Part shown: positions 1 through 9,665 of the stretch, piece after piece
How the letters are laid out: each line of letters opens with the position of its first letter
Position numbering within the stretch: position 1 is the stretch's first letter
NCBI GenBank assembly: GCA_019634385.1
Contig: JAHQVK010000170.1
Coordinates: 3,040-67,039 of the forward strand
Reading direction: 5' to 3'
DNA length: 64,000 nucleotides
From: Myxococcales bacterium
Lineage (GTDB): Bacteria; Myxococcota; Kuafuiibacteriia; Kuafuiibacteriales; Kuafuiibacteriaceae
The notes under the pieces: model-generated
Told to the model about the DNA's origin: nothing
The model's database searches: none
What the model saw: only the letters and a program-made list of their open reading frames with translations
Program-made: the position numbers and the translations under genes

Positions 1-36
1 TCTTTGGTCGAAGATTCAGCACTCGGTGAGCGAAAA

Positions 37-1179
37 CTACTGATTCCCTTCGGAGACTGGATAGGACCTCCTAAGACGAGCCTGGGCGGCATTGAATTGT
101 TCTTTTAACTGGGAAGCTTTGGGAGGAACGTGACTACTGACGGTTGCTTTGCCATTCTCGAACACTACTCCCCAAGGCTCTAGCGTTCGGGCACATGCCA
201 TGGCGATCTCGTAAGCTGGGCGGTCGTGTAGCCCGACATGCTCAGCGATGTACTGGTTAACAATACGAGCGATGGCGCTTGGGAGTAACTCGGGACATCT
301 CACTCCATGAAAGGCTACTGATGCGTCGGTCCACTTACCTGATTCTAGTGTACCCTCGAGAAAGTTGGTTAACGTATCGCTGGATAGTTGGTATATGAGC
401 TCCGAAGGTAGGCGACTTCGTGCTCGCAAATATTCCGCTCGCCAGGCAACCCAGTTGCTATCCGTGGGGATGAGTCCGTTAATGAATGTATTTGCCCATC
501 GGGTCTCAAATTGAGCACATATATCGTAGAACGCCTGAGCAGCATCTGTCTCTTTATTGTCGTATCCCGCTCTATGCCATAGTTCGCTGCATTCGATGGT
601 AATACCATGAGCTCGAGCCAGCACAAACGAAGAAGACGGTAAATGCTGGGATTGAACCGCCATGCGCGATACCTCCTGCTCAACAGCAGTTGAACTAAGG
701 GTCGAGTGGGTGGCGTGAACAAACTCAAGTGCCGATTGCCACATTTCCTCATCGCCGTAGGCAACCATTGTGTGAGCTACAAGCATTTGATCTGGCTCTG
801 ATAAACCGGTGAGTTCGCCAACGGTATAGTATGTGCGCTGCGAAGAAAGATGCTTTAGTGGGGGCCAAAGAGAGGCTTGGGGCGCCATAGGGATCACTTT
901 GACCGAGTCCGCCAGTGCTTGAGCATAAGCGCGGACCGCGTCAGAGGTATCCATTAGGGTGTGACAAAAAAGGTCTTCGATATTTCCGGTGTTTGCGGGA
1001 TTTCGTTCCCGTTCACCCAGCCGTAGCAAGTGCTCAACGACAATGGCGACCTGGGAGGGCCTGAGCAGGCCTTCTACTTGAAATCTCAGAAGTCTCTTAC
1101 GGAACCGGTCGAACCCCCGCGCGTGCTCCGGACTCAAATTGCCTCTTCGCTCCGCGTGCTCTTTCGAAAGGTGTAGCAT
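37..1179 (-). CDS. hypothetical protein (380 aa)
   Basis: Long ORF divergent from coaBC; no motif recognised. Confidence 0.7.
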   Translation of the reverse strand: MLHLSKEHAERRGNLSPEHARGFDRFRKRLLRFQVEGLLRPSQVAIVVEHLLRLGERERNPANTGNIEDLFCHTLMDTSDAVRAYAQALADSVKVIPMAPQASLWPPLKHLSSQRTYYTVGELTGLSEPDQMLVAHTMVAYGDEEMWQSALEFVHATHSTLSSTAVEQEVSRMAVQSQHLPSSSFVLARAHGITIECSELWHRAGYDNKETDAAQAFYDICAQFETRWANTFINGLIPTDSNWVAWRAEYLRARSRLPSELIYQLSSDTLTNFLEGTLESGKWTDASVAFHGVRCPELLPSAIARIVNQYIAEHVGLHDRPAYEIAMACARTLEPWGVVFENGKATVSSHVPPKASQLKEQFNAAQARLRRSYPVSEGNQ

Positions 1180-1317
1180 TCTTTTGTTGAGCTTGCTGAA
1201 TGTCTCGCCTAACTACTTGTCAAGCACCAACTGGCGTGACGAGCAGTTGACTATTTACTTAAGCATATCTTTGATGAGTTCACAAGGCTAAGCAGGGCGG
1301 AGTGTGATAAATATCTA

Positions 1318-2550
1318 GTGATGGTGCCAGAATGCTGTGATGGCTCTCGCGTATTGCTCGGTGTGTCCGGTAGTATCGCCGTCTATAAAGCGATCGAAGT
1401 CACGAGAAAACTCCAACAGGCGCAGATACGCGTGCAGGTGGCGATGACTTCAAGTGCTCAACAGTTCGTGACATCACTCACCTTCCAAGCGATAACAGGC
1501 CACCCCGTTTTTGATGATCTTTGGGTTAGCAAAGGACGTATTGAGCACGTTGAGCAATCTCACGATATGGATCTTTTGATAGTGGCCCCCGCTTCTGCCA
1601 ATATTCTTGCAAAGATGGCCACCGGTTTGGCTGATGATCCGGTAACAACAACCGCCTTGTCCACGCGAGCGCACATCTTGGTTGCGCCCGCAATGGAGGA
1701 TGGTATGTGGCGTCATCCAGCAACGCAACATAATATGCAGATCTTACGTGACCGGGGGGTATGGGTTGTGGGGCCCACAGAAGGAGTTTTGGCTTCTGGT
1801 AGGGTTGGTCTCGGTAGGATGGCGTCTCCGGATGAGATCGTTGATGCGGCATTGCATATTCTTCATCCGCCTCCGCTTTCTCTCAAAGGTGATCGGATAG
1901 TTGTAACTGCGGGGCCAACGCAGGAGATGATCGACCCGGTTCGCATGTTGTCGAATCGCTCAACGGGAGCTATGGGCATCGCGCTCTCCGAGGAGGCAGT
2001 TCGCCGAGGTGCTCAGGTGTGTTTGGTGCTGGGACCTACGCATTTGAAGCCTCGTGATAATAATCACCTACGGGTTGTACGGGTTGAGAGTGCCTCGGAG
2101 ATGCTTGCCGCAGTTCAAGCTGAACTTGCCGAGTGTACGATGTTTGTTGGGGCGGCCGCAGTGAGTGATTTTCGAATAGCTAATCCTCGAACCTCAAAAT
2201 GGAAACGGTCTGATTCCGAGGCTACCCACCTTGAACTAGTCGAAAATACTGATATTCTCAAGACCGCTACCGCCCGGTTGCGAGCGCTGCGTGAAGATGC
2301 TTGGGTTATGGGCTTTGCGGCGGAAACGGAGGACCTGGAACAACACGCCCGCGCAAAGTTGGAGCGAAAGGGGTGTGATGTAGTGATAGGCAATATTGTT
2401 GGTCCGAATCGTGGGTTTGGTGAAGGCCGGACCGAAGTGTTAGTAGTCAGTCGGCAGCAACCAGCAGAAGTATTGGGGCCTGCAACCAAAAGTGAGATCG
2501 GCTCACTTATTTGGGATAAGGTTGCACAGATGAGGGGCAAGTTTCATTGA
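1318..2550 (+). CDS. coaBC: bifunctional phosphopantothenoylcysteine decarboxylase/synthetase
   Basis: GVSGSIAVYKA, APAM, VTAGPTQEMIDPVRMLSNRSTG and GFAAET motifs. Confidence 0.96.
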   Translation: MMVPECCDGSRVLLGVSGSIAVYKAIEVTRKLQQAQIRVQVAMTSSAQQFVTSLTFQAITGHPVFDDLWVSKGRIEHVEQSHDMDLLIVAPASANILAKMATGLADDPVTTTALSTRAHILVAPAMEDGMWRHPATQHNMQILRDRGVWVVGPTEGVLASGRVGLGRMASPDEIVDAALHILHPPPLSLKGDRIVVTAGPTQEMIDPVRMLSNRSTGAMGIALSEEAVRRGAQVCLVLGPTHLKPRDNNHLRVVRVESASEMLAAVQAELAECTMFVGAAAVSDFRIANPRTSKWKRSDSEATHLELVENTDILKTATARLRALREDAWVMGFAAETEDLEQHARAKLERKGCDVVIGNIVGPNRGFGEGRTEVLVVSRQQPAEVLGPATKSEIGSLIWDKVAQMRGKFH

Positions 2551-3596
2551 GTGCCCAGGAGGACTTAGCTGAAATCATTCAACAGCTGCGTATCGAGCTA
2601 GAGTGGGCGGTGCGCACGGGCATTGACGTCCATTTTCCTGCGCCAACCTTGGAGGTTACGGAGGTGCTGCGGCTAGACGTTGGTGGGGACACCGAGGTAT
2701 TGCCGGTCGATGCGGGGGGCCCGGCTATTTCATCAACGGATCCCAGCTCAGAGGCTGAGGGGAAACCGGATGACACTCCACCACCAGCATTTAAGCCCGA
2801 CCCACCGGAGAGCCCTGAGCCCGAGAGAGTACATTTTGCTCCAGAAAGAGCACGGCAGCGGACGGAGTTTCAGGCGGACCGACCTTGGGAGAGGTATATT
2901 CCTGAAGAGGGAGGGGAGCCGGTTGTTGAAGGACGGGAACTTGTTGTTGAAAGAGCAGAAGGTAGTGGACGAGGTCTTTTGGATACCTCCCCCAACGACC
3001 CACGTGGATACTCTGCGCTTCAAAGCGCGAGGGGGCTCGAACAAGTACGGGAGATTTTAGGGGATTGTGAAAGATGCAAACTTCATCGAGCCGGTCGTAC
3101 TAAGATCGTATTTGGTGTCGGTAATCCTCATGCTGAACTCATGTTTGTGGGGGAGGGACCAGGACGCCAAGAAGATCGCATGGGCGAGCCATTTGTTGGT
3201 GATGCTGGTCAGCTACTCACCCGAATTATCGAACGAGGCATGGGGCTTGAGCGAGCTCAGGTATATATTGCCAACATCGTAAAGTGCCGCCCACCAAATA
3301 ACCGAGATCCTATGCCTGATGAGGTGGAAGCTTGTGAGCCGTTTCTGAAAGCGCAAATACATCAAATCCAGCCGAAAGTGATTATTGCCCTGGGAAAATA
3401 TGCAGCCCAGACTCTCCTGAGGTCTAGGATGCCTATAAGCCGACTTAGAGGAAAGTGGGCAACGTACGAAGGTATTGATCTCATGCCTACGTTTCATCCG
3501 GCATACCTGCTTCGAAACCCTCAAGAGAAACGACCGGTATGGGAGGATGTACAGTCAGTAATGAAGTGTTTGAAAGATTTTAAGAGGCGTAGATAG
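2547..3596 (+). CDS. udg: family 4 uracil-DNA glycosylase with long acidic/Pro-rich N-terminal extension
   Basis: CERCKL, GEGPG, PFVG, NIVKCRPP and TFHPAYLLR motifs; start overlaps the coaBC stop. Confidence 0.93.
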   Translation: MSAQEDLAEIIQQLRIELEWAVRTGIDVHFPAPTLEVTEVLRLDVGGDTEVLPVDAGGPAISSTDPSSEAEGKPDDTPPPAFKPDPPESPEPERVHFAPERARQRTEFQADRPWERYIPEEGGEPVVEGRELVVERAEGSGRGLLDTSPNDPRGYSALQSARGLEQVREILGDCERCKLHRAGRTKIVFGVGNPHAELMFVGEGPGRQEDRMGEPFVGDAGQLLTRIIERGMGLERAQVYIANIVKCRPPNNRDPMPDEVEACEPFLKAQIHQIQPKVIIALGKYAAQTLLRSRMPISRLRGKWATYEGIDLMPTFHPAYLLRNPQEKRPVWEDVQSVMKCLKDFKRRR

Positions 3597-3643
3597 TCAG
3601 TCGGAACATAGGTTTGTTGATGGTCTGAATATGTTGATTTCTC

Positions 3644-3784
3644 CTAGCAGCCGGTTGATCTAGCCCTGCACGCATCTATCGGCCGGTCTTTCCGTGAAAG
3701 ATCCTGACCACGAAAAGTCTCTCCTCGGTCGCGTACCGCCAGGTACGCTCGCCTCGTCACAGGGCTAAATCAACCGGCTGCTAG
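3644..3784. mobile_element. MITE-like element family D (141 bp, CTAG-flanked)
   Basis: 25-bp terminal inverted repeat CTAGCAGCCGGTTGATCTAGCCCTG / CAGGGCTAAATCAACCGGCTGCTAG with 1 mismatch; internal GCGTACC-GCCA-GGTACGC hairpin; no transposase. Confidence 0.8.
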
Positions 3785-3971
3785 GGTGTGTGTCTTTAAT
3801 CTCCGGACCGCGTTCTGACTTGTTTTCAACATTTGTGGGGGGTCGGTGGCTTCACCACCCTTTCGGGCTCCTCGGGCCAGTACATCCAAGTACCATCCCT
3901 CCGGGGTCGACCCTTCATACCCGCGGGATACGGCCTCATCTCCACAGGCAGAGGTTAAAGACACGCCCTAA
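3781..3971 (+). mobile_element. MITE-like element family A, full copy (strand gives relative orientation only)
   Basis: Ends CTAGGGTGTGTGTCTTTAATCTC ... GAGGTTAAAGACACGCCCTAA; homologous to the copies at 24126 and 59917. Confidence 0.85.
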
Positions 3972-3992
3972 AAGAAATCTGGAAGTAAAGGA

Positions 3993-4865
3993 TTGCTTGC
4001 GACTCAGCCGGTTGTCGCCCACCCTTCGGGAGTGGACGCCTGGCTTCAAGCGCTATTGTTAGGGATCATTCAGGGTTTAACTGAGTTTCTTCCCGTCTCC
4101 TCTTCCGGTCATCTAGTTTTAGCCCAGTCAATCATGGGGGAGTCTTTTGAGTTCCAAGATATGGCGGTGGCCTTTGACCTTGTACTACACATTGGGACAT
4201 TACTTCCGGTTCTGTACTTCTACCGAAAAGATCTTGAGCAGATTTGGTATGCGTATACTGATACTGAATCTTTACAAAGTGTTGGTCTTGGTGAGTGGCT
4301 CCGCGGAAATGAGTCACGATGGCTTCTGATCGCGGTGATTGTTGGTACAATACCTACAGCCGTAGTGGGACTCTTATTCAAAGATACCTTTGAGGTGTTT
4401 TTCCACAGTGTGCCAGCAGTCTGTGGGGCGATGTTATGTACTGCGATTCTTTTGTTTGCTACCCGCCTTGCAATGCCACTCAGTAGTCATCGTCAACTGG
4501 GTTTGTTGCTAATATTATCGATTGGGATTGGACAGGGTTTGGCTATTACCCCAGGCATATCTCGGTCAGGGACCACGATCGCGATTGCTTTACTGTTGGG
4601 TCTGGAGCGGGACTTGGCTGCAAGATTTTCATTTATGCTTTCCATCCCTGCTATTACTGGAGCTGCGATCTTGGTTGCTAAGGATGGGGTGCAGGTACCT
4701 GCGGGTGGGAGTGTAGCCCTGATAGTTGGATTTATTGCGGCTATGGTAGTTGGATATGCGGCACTGGTGATGTTGGTTGCACTCGTCAAGCGCGGTGGAC
4801 TGCACAACTTTGCTTACTACCTGCTGGCAGTGGCTACTTTGGGGCTTTTGTGGCCTAGTGCTTAG
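3993..4865 (+). CDS. uppP: undecaprenyl-diphosphate phosphatase (BacA/UppP)
   Basis: QGLTEFLPVSSSGHL and PGISRSG motifs, many TM segments; true start may be GTG at 4032. Confidence 0.95.
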   Translation: MLATQPVVAHPSGVDAWLQALLLGIIQGLTEFLPVSSSGHLVLAQSIMGESFEFQDMAVAFDLVLHIGTLLPVLYFYRKDLEQIWYAYTDTESLQSVGLGEWLRGNESRWLLIAVIVGTIPTAVVGLLFKDTFEVFFHSVPAVCGAMLCTAILLFATRLAMPLSSHRQLGLLLILSIGIGQGLAITPGISRSGTTIAIALLLGLERDLAARFSFMLSIPAITGAAILVAKDGVQVPAGGSVALIVGFIAAMVVGYAALVMLVALVKRGGLHNFAYYLLAVATLGLLWPSA

Positions 4866-6015
4866 TCATATCGGCGTGAATTGGGTCTGCTGGTCTGATA
4901 TCTGGATATTGGCCGCTACCACGAAAAGTCCGGAATTTAGCGATGCCGTTGCTTCTTTCTGTCATCCAGTCGGGCTGGACGGTGACCTTTCCCAATCCAC
5001 CGGGAACATCAACACACAGTTTAGGAATCATCAGCCCGCTGACCCTACCTCGTAACCCATCAATAATATCAATGCCAGTCTGCAGGGGGGTACGAAAGTG
5101 GCTGATACCTTCGGCTAGGTCACACTGGTGTAGGTAGTAGGGAATGGCTCGCATGAATACGAGCTTACGGTTGAGGTTTTCGATGGCTTCCACTGAGTCA
5201 TTGATGCCCTGCAGGAGAACGGACTGATTCATAACTTGGATTCCAGCGTCTAATAGAAGCTTAATCGAACGGGCAGCTGCTTCGGTACATTCTTTCTCAT
5301 GGTTAAAATGGGTCATGATGTACGTCGGGCCATAGTCTCGAAGTATTTCCACGAGTGCCGGTGTTATCCGCATAGGACAGGTTGCCGGCATTCGAGTGGC
5401 AACCCTAATTACGTCTATATGAGCGGCAGAGCGTATCTCTTGCATAAGATACTTCAACTGCTGGTCACCATTCATTAGCGCATCACCGCCGGATATTAAT
5501 ACTTCTCGAATCTCCTTGGTTCGCTTAATATAGTCGAGTGCTTGCTGAAGTAGGCTCCGAGTAGCTTGTTGTTCAAGCCGCCCCACAATTCGTCGACGCG
5601 TACAAAATCTGCAATAAACAGGGCAGCGATCGGTGGCCAAAAGAAGTACACGATCTGGGTATCGATGTATAAGATTAGGCGCAACCTCTAACATTTCTTC
5701 CCCTAAGGGGTCTGATTGATCTTGCTCTCCGAGAATGGTTTCTTGAGTGCTAGGGATAATCTGTTTTCGGATAGGACAGTTTGTATCTCTTTTATCCGCG
5801 AGCAAGGCGTAATACGGACATACTGAAAATCTAAATAGATTCTTAGTTTTTTCTAACCCATCACTTTCATCTTTTGTTAGTTCAAATGTTTGGGCTAGAG
5901 CACTAATATCCGTAATACGATTTTTAATTTGCCATCCCCAGTCGACCCAGAGTTCTGGAGCGACATGTGCCCATGGGGTATTAGATAATTCAGGATTCGA
6001 GTAAAAGCGATTCAT
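4855..6015 (-). CDS. KamA-family radical SAM protein (lysine 2,3-aminomutase / EpmB-like)
   Basis: HRYPDRVLL, CPVYCRFC, ISGGD, NQSVLL, PYYLHQCD and PGGLGK motifs. Confidence 0.9.
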   Translation of the reverse strand: MNRFYSNPELSNTPWAHVAPELWVDWGWQIKNRITDISALAQTFELTKDESDGLEKTKNLFRFSVCPYYALLADKRDTNCPIRKQIIPSTQETILGEQDQSDPLGEEMLEVAPNLIHRYPDRVLLLATDRCPVYCRFCTRRRIVGRLEQQATRSLLQQALDYIKRTKEIREVLISGGDALMNGDQQLKYLMQEIRSAAHIDVIRVATRMPATCPMRITPALVEILRDYGPTYIMTHFNHEKECTEAAARSIKLLLDAGIQVMNQSVLLQGINDSVEAIENLNRKLVFMRAIPYYLHQCDLAEGISHFRTPLQTGIDIIDGLRGRVSGLMIPKLCVDVPGGLGKVTVQPDWMTERSNGIAKFRTFRGSGQYPDIRPADPIHADMTKH

Positions 6016-6056
6016 GAAGTTGTGATCCTGACGTATGGTTGCGAGATGATATTTTG

Positions 6057-8516
6057 TTAGTCAGAAGAACTAGGTATCAACAGTGATGGAGTGTTCGTTG
6101 AAACAACCCATAGCTGATGAATAGCCCGGGTGGCTGCTATGTGCAAAAGGTGACGAGCCTCTTTACGCTCCGGGTAAACATTTTCGTTGACCTCGACGAG
6201 TATGACATAGTCATACTCAAGGCCTTTTACTTGGCTGACATCAACAATATCTATACCTGGTGTGAAGCTAAAATCTTTGCCGTGTACTCTTCGAATAGCT
6301 GGTACTTCTGCCCTACGCAGACCATCGTAATAAACATCTGCTAGGGCTGCGAATCGATTGATAATAGCTATATTAGCTTTGCGTTCCCGGACGACGAGAC
6401 TTCGTAGTTGTGCACCGAGGAATGCCACCGCTTCCCCTGTGCTGCCAAAAGTAAATTGTTCAACGGGAGCACCATCACGGGGTACTTCGGGAGGATCCGG
6501 GTCTGCGAGTGGTCCTAGTACATGGCGAGAAAACTCAACAACCGGTTTGGTTGAGCGATAGCTAACTTTGAGTTGGTCTATCTTAACTCCCGCAATACCA
6601 ACGTCTTGGAGCATACGGTCCCAACTATCAAAGCTGTTATCAAAAATAAGCTTCTGGGCTGTGTCTCCAGCCAGGGTCATACTCTCTCGCTTAGTGAGAG
6701 CACCGCGAAGCACACCAATATCAGTAGGGGATAAGTCTTGGGCCTCATCAACCACAATATGTTCATAGGTGACACTGCGTTGGCCCCCAGCAATGGGTAG
6801 CCCCCCATATTTGAGCTGTGCTAGCTTGAGGAGAAGAGCGTCATCATGGGGGTCTAGGTGATGCTCTGGTCCATCGCCATCTAGACTGATCCCGTCGATA
6901 CCCACGCCTGTATCATCTTCATCGTGTTCATCCGGTTGGCCTCTTGGCTTTTTGTTACGGGCATCGTGCGAAGACGACGCCGACTCTGAGTGCCGTTCGC
7001 TGCGACTATCATCGGATTGCCTACTCACCCAGCGGACCAGCTCATCCACCTCGGATGGGTCGACGTGGTCGCCGCGCTCTTCGAATACAGAGCTTATGAG
7101 CTCCTTATCAGTGAGAATATCGGACCAAGTTGACAAAACGTCATTGGCTTGCGATCGAGCGCGTCTCAGATTGCCTAATAGAACACCCTTGGTTTTTGGC
7201 TGAAGTCCGGCCCGTTGTGCCGCCCCTGATTCGAGCCAGCGAGCCATCTCTCGCAGACGAGGAAGGTAAGCTAGGCGATGAAGCCCATCCCATTTTTGCA
7301 GGACCGATTTCTTAACTCCGCCGTCGTTGGGCAAATTGTCGAGCAAAGTCTTGCGAATCTGTTGGGTGTCTTCTTGGATCCCTCGTTCTAGCGTAGCTAG
7401 GATGGCTGGGTGCTTCTTTAGTTTGGCCACCGAAGTGGGTACATCTTCGTAGCGCTTATATTTTATCTCCGGCAGAACCATCTTCCGGGTTTTCTCCATC
7501 CAGCGCTCGAGGGTAATTACTTCGGTTCCAGACACATCGAGGGAGGGTAAGACGCGAGATATATACTCGGTCAGTGGTTCGCTCTTCACCACCACCACCA
7601 TCTTCTTGGGCGAGAAAATGTGTGGATTCTCGAAATGAAGGTAGGCTGCTCGATGAAGAGCGACTGTGGTCTTACCGCTACCTGCTCCACCTTGGAGAAT
7701 CACAATGCCACTGTCTGGCGCGGTAATTAGCTCAAACTGTTTTGGATCAATAAGCGCCGTTATTTCTTTGAGATGCTTGTCTTCTCGTAAGGATTCGTCA
7801 TCTACAACCCCGAGTCGACCCTGCTCAAAGACTGAAGGCAGGATATGAGCGGGTGGTGGACGAGATGCTATGCCAGCTCCCCCTTTCAGGGTCGGCAAGT
7901 TTTCATCGGCCAGAGTAAGCCATTCGTCACGTCTTCGAATGATAGCACCGGTAGACCAGCTTACGCGGCGTAATTCGCCGTTCACGATGCTGACTGTCCT
8001 TCGTGCTTCCACCATTCCTTGAACGTTGCGACCACCAAACTCTTCTTCGTAGTCGTCTCCTTCCTCGTAACAGTAGTAGATGCGAGAAACAGGTGCGTGA
8101 CGCCAGTCCACGATGTTCATGGTGCATCCCGCTTTGACGAAACCCCGATTGCCGATGAGGACATCGCGGGTTTTTCGACCATCCTTAAGTTTAAGATGCC
8201 CGAAGTACGGACTGCTTACATCAACAGGAAGGCTTCGACCCTTGCCATTGGCTGCACCCAGCGCTTGCATTCGGTACATTTCAGCAACGAGCGGAGCAAC
8301 GTCTTCCAAACGGGCGTCTGCAATTTGGTCTCGTAACGAGAGCAGTTCTGAGTCGTATTCTGACTCTTCGGCGGCTCTTTCTAACTGATCTCGAGCGAGC
8401 TGCTGCTGAACCTTTCGAAGGATGTGCTGTTCTTCTTCCAGAATAGCTGCTTCCAGGGAACCGGATACCACCGAGGGCAGATTGTTGTAGATGCTTGTCA
8501 CGTTAATCTCGCCCAC
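6057..8516 (-). CDS. HelD-like superfamily 1 helicase / RNA polymerase recycling ATPase
   Basis: PYFGHL, IVDWRHAPVS, GGAGSGKTT, VVDEAQD, GDTAQ, SYRST, KGLEYD and TRA motifs. Confidence 0.85.
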   Translation of the reverse strand: MGEINVTSIYNNLPSVVSGSLEAAILEEEQHILRKVQQQLARDQLERAAEESEYDSELLSLRDQIADARLEDVAPLVAEMYRMQALGAANGKGRSLPVDVSSPYFGHLKLKDGRKTRDVLIGNRGFVKAGCTMNIVDWRHAPVSRIYYCYEEGDDYEEEFGGRNVQGMVEARRTVSIVNGELRRVSWSTGAIIRRRDEWLTLADENLPTLKGGAGIASRPPPAHILPSVFEQGRLGVVDDESLREDKHLKEITALIDPKQFELITAPDSGIVILQGGAGSGKTTVALHRAAYLHFENPHIFSPKKMVVVVKSEPLTEYISRVLPSLDVSGTEVITLERWMEKTRKMVLPEIKYKRYEDVPTSVAKLKKHPAILATLERGIQEDTQQIRKTLLDNLPNDGGVKKSVLQKWDGLHRLAYLPRLREMARWLESGAAQRAGLQPKTKGVLLGNLRRARSQANDVLSTWSDILTDKELISSVFEERGDHVDPSEVDELVRWVSRQSDDSRSERHSESASSSHDARNKKPRGQPDEHDEDDTGVGIDGISLDGDGPEHHLDPHDDALLLKLAQLKYGGLPIAGGQRSVTYEHIVVDEAQDLSPTDIGVLRGALTKRESMTLAGDTAQKLIFDNSFDSWDRMLQDVGIAGVKIDQLKVSYRSTKPVVEFSRHVLGPLADPDPPEVPRDGAPVEQFTFGSTGEAVAFLGAQLRSLVVRERKANIAIINRFAALADVYYDGLRRAEVPAIRRVHGKDFSFTPGIDIVDVSQVKGLEYDYVILVEVNENVYPERKEARHLLHIAATRAIHQLWVVSTNTPSLLIPSSSD

Positions 8517-9525
8517 CTCGATAATGCGATAGGGCCTCCAGCATAGCCTTTGCCCGTTGTTGCTCAGCTGTTGAGAGTCTAGCCCGCCAGGTTCGCTGAA
8601 TACGGAATGGGTTTAGGATACGACCATTCTTCTCGAGCTGGTAGTGCAGGTGAGGGGCAAAACTTCGCCCTGTATTACCAACCCGTCCGAGGACCTGACC
8701 GCGTTTAATGGTTGAGCCTGGCTTTAACTGCTTAGAAACACTGGATAAATGGAGAAATACACCCTCCCAGCCGGTCTTTTCGTTCACTATTCTAATGCAG
8801 CGTCCGTTGTAGCGAGTAGACCAGTTAACCTGCAGAATTTTCCCATCAAAGGGAGAGAACACCGGCGTGCCTTTGGGCGCTTTGAAATCTATCCCCTTGT
8901 GTCCACGACCGTCGTTCACCAAGGCTGTGATCTGTTCATAGCTTTTCAGTGGGGCATTACGTAAGCGTTTAGCAACTTCGTAGCCGGTATCGGGCTCAAC
9001 CCACCGCCGGAATACCTTGTTAAGCGGCCAGTGAAACACAGCTTTTTTCTCGCCTTTCAGCTTCTTACTTCTAAGCCAAATTGCGAACACTATCGGCTCT
9101 GCGTGAGGTTGTTCGTTCCAAATGAATGACAACCGATCGCCCTTGCGGAAGTCTCTTCTGGGGTTAACCCACCAAACAAGAACTCGTTTGACTACCTGGG
9201 CGATGGCACCGGCCCGGTTCAGTCCCACGACCGGCGCCAAATCGGTCTCTAGTCCGCGGAGAACACGGATGGTGGTAAACCGGAGGGCCTCCGGTTTGAT
9301 CCCTCGTAAGGGACCATTTTCAGCGATTTGCTGGGCAGGTTGATGGTCCTGAGGTACTTGGGCCATGATCGGCTGTTCATAACCGAAGGTCGATAAAATT
9401 GCGGACGAGACTGGCATGAGCCATCTGGGCGGTATCCACCGAGCTACCCATAATTGTAGGCATCTGGCGCCACAGGAATGGGAAAAAGCTGGTACTGGGA
9501 CATTCTTGGAATGGCGTAAACTCAT
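8503..9525 (-). CDS. M23 family metallopeptidase
   Basis: HKGID and PHLH motifs, VGNTGRS. Confidence 0.88.
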   Translation of the reverse strand: MSLRHSKNVPVPAFSHSCGARCLQLWVARWIPPRWLMPVSSAILSTFGYEQPIMAQVPQDHQPAQQIAENGPLRGIKPEALRFTTIRVLRGLETDLAPVVGLNRAGAIAQVVKRVLVWWVNPRRDFRKGDRLSFIWNEQPHAEPIVFAIWLRSKKLKGEKKAVFHWPLNKVFRRWVEPDTGYEVAKRLRNAPLKSYEQITALVNDGRGHKGIDFKAPKGTPVFSPFDGKILQVNWSTRYNGRCIRIVNEKTGWEGVFLHLSSVSKQLKPGSTIKRGQVLGRVGNTGRSFAPHLHYQLEKNGRILNPFRIQRTWRARLSTAEQQRAKAMLEALSHYRGGRD

Positions 9526-9665
9526 TCGCTAAAGACCAAGAATTTGCCCAACCTAATGAGTAAGTACAACCCTGAAGTTCAAGGATGCTGGTCGCGCAAC
9601 ATGCGCAGTCACGGATACGACTCACCGCTTGTGCAACGCTTACGTTGTTCGTAGCGTCCGGGATC

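Noticed and set aside
3770-4062. Short similar ORFs over family A copies (3770-3964, 3790-4062, 12667-12870, 24189-24374, 59832-60074) as a peptide family
   Set aside because: The similarity comes from the repeat itself; frames, starts and stops are not conserved between copies
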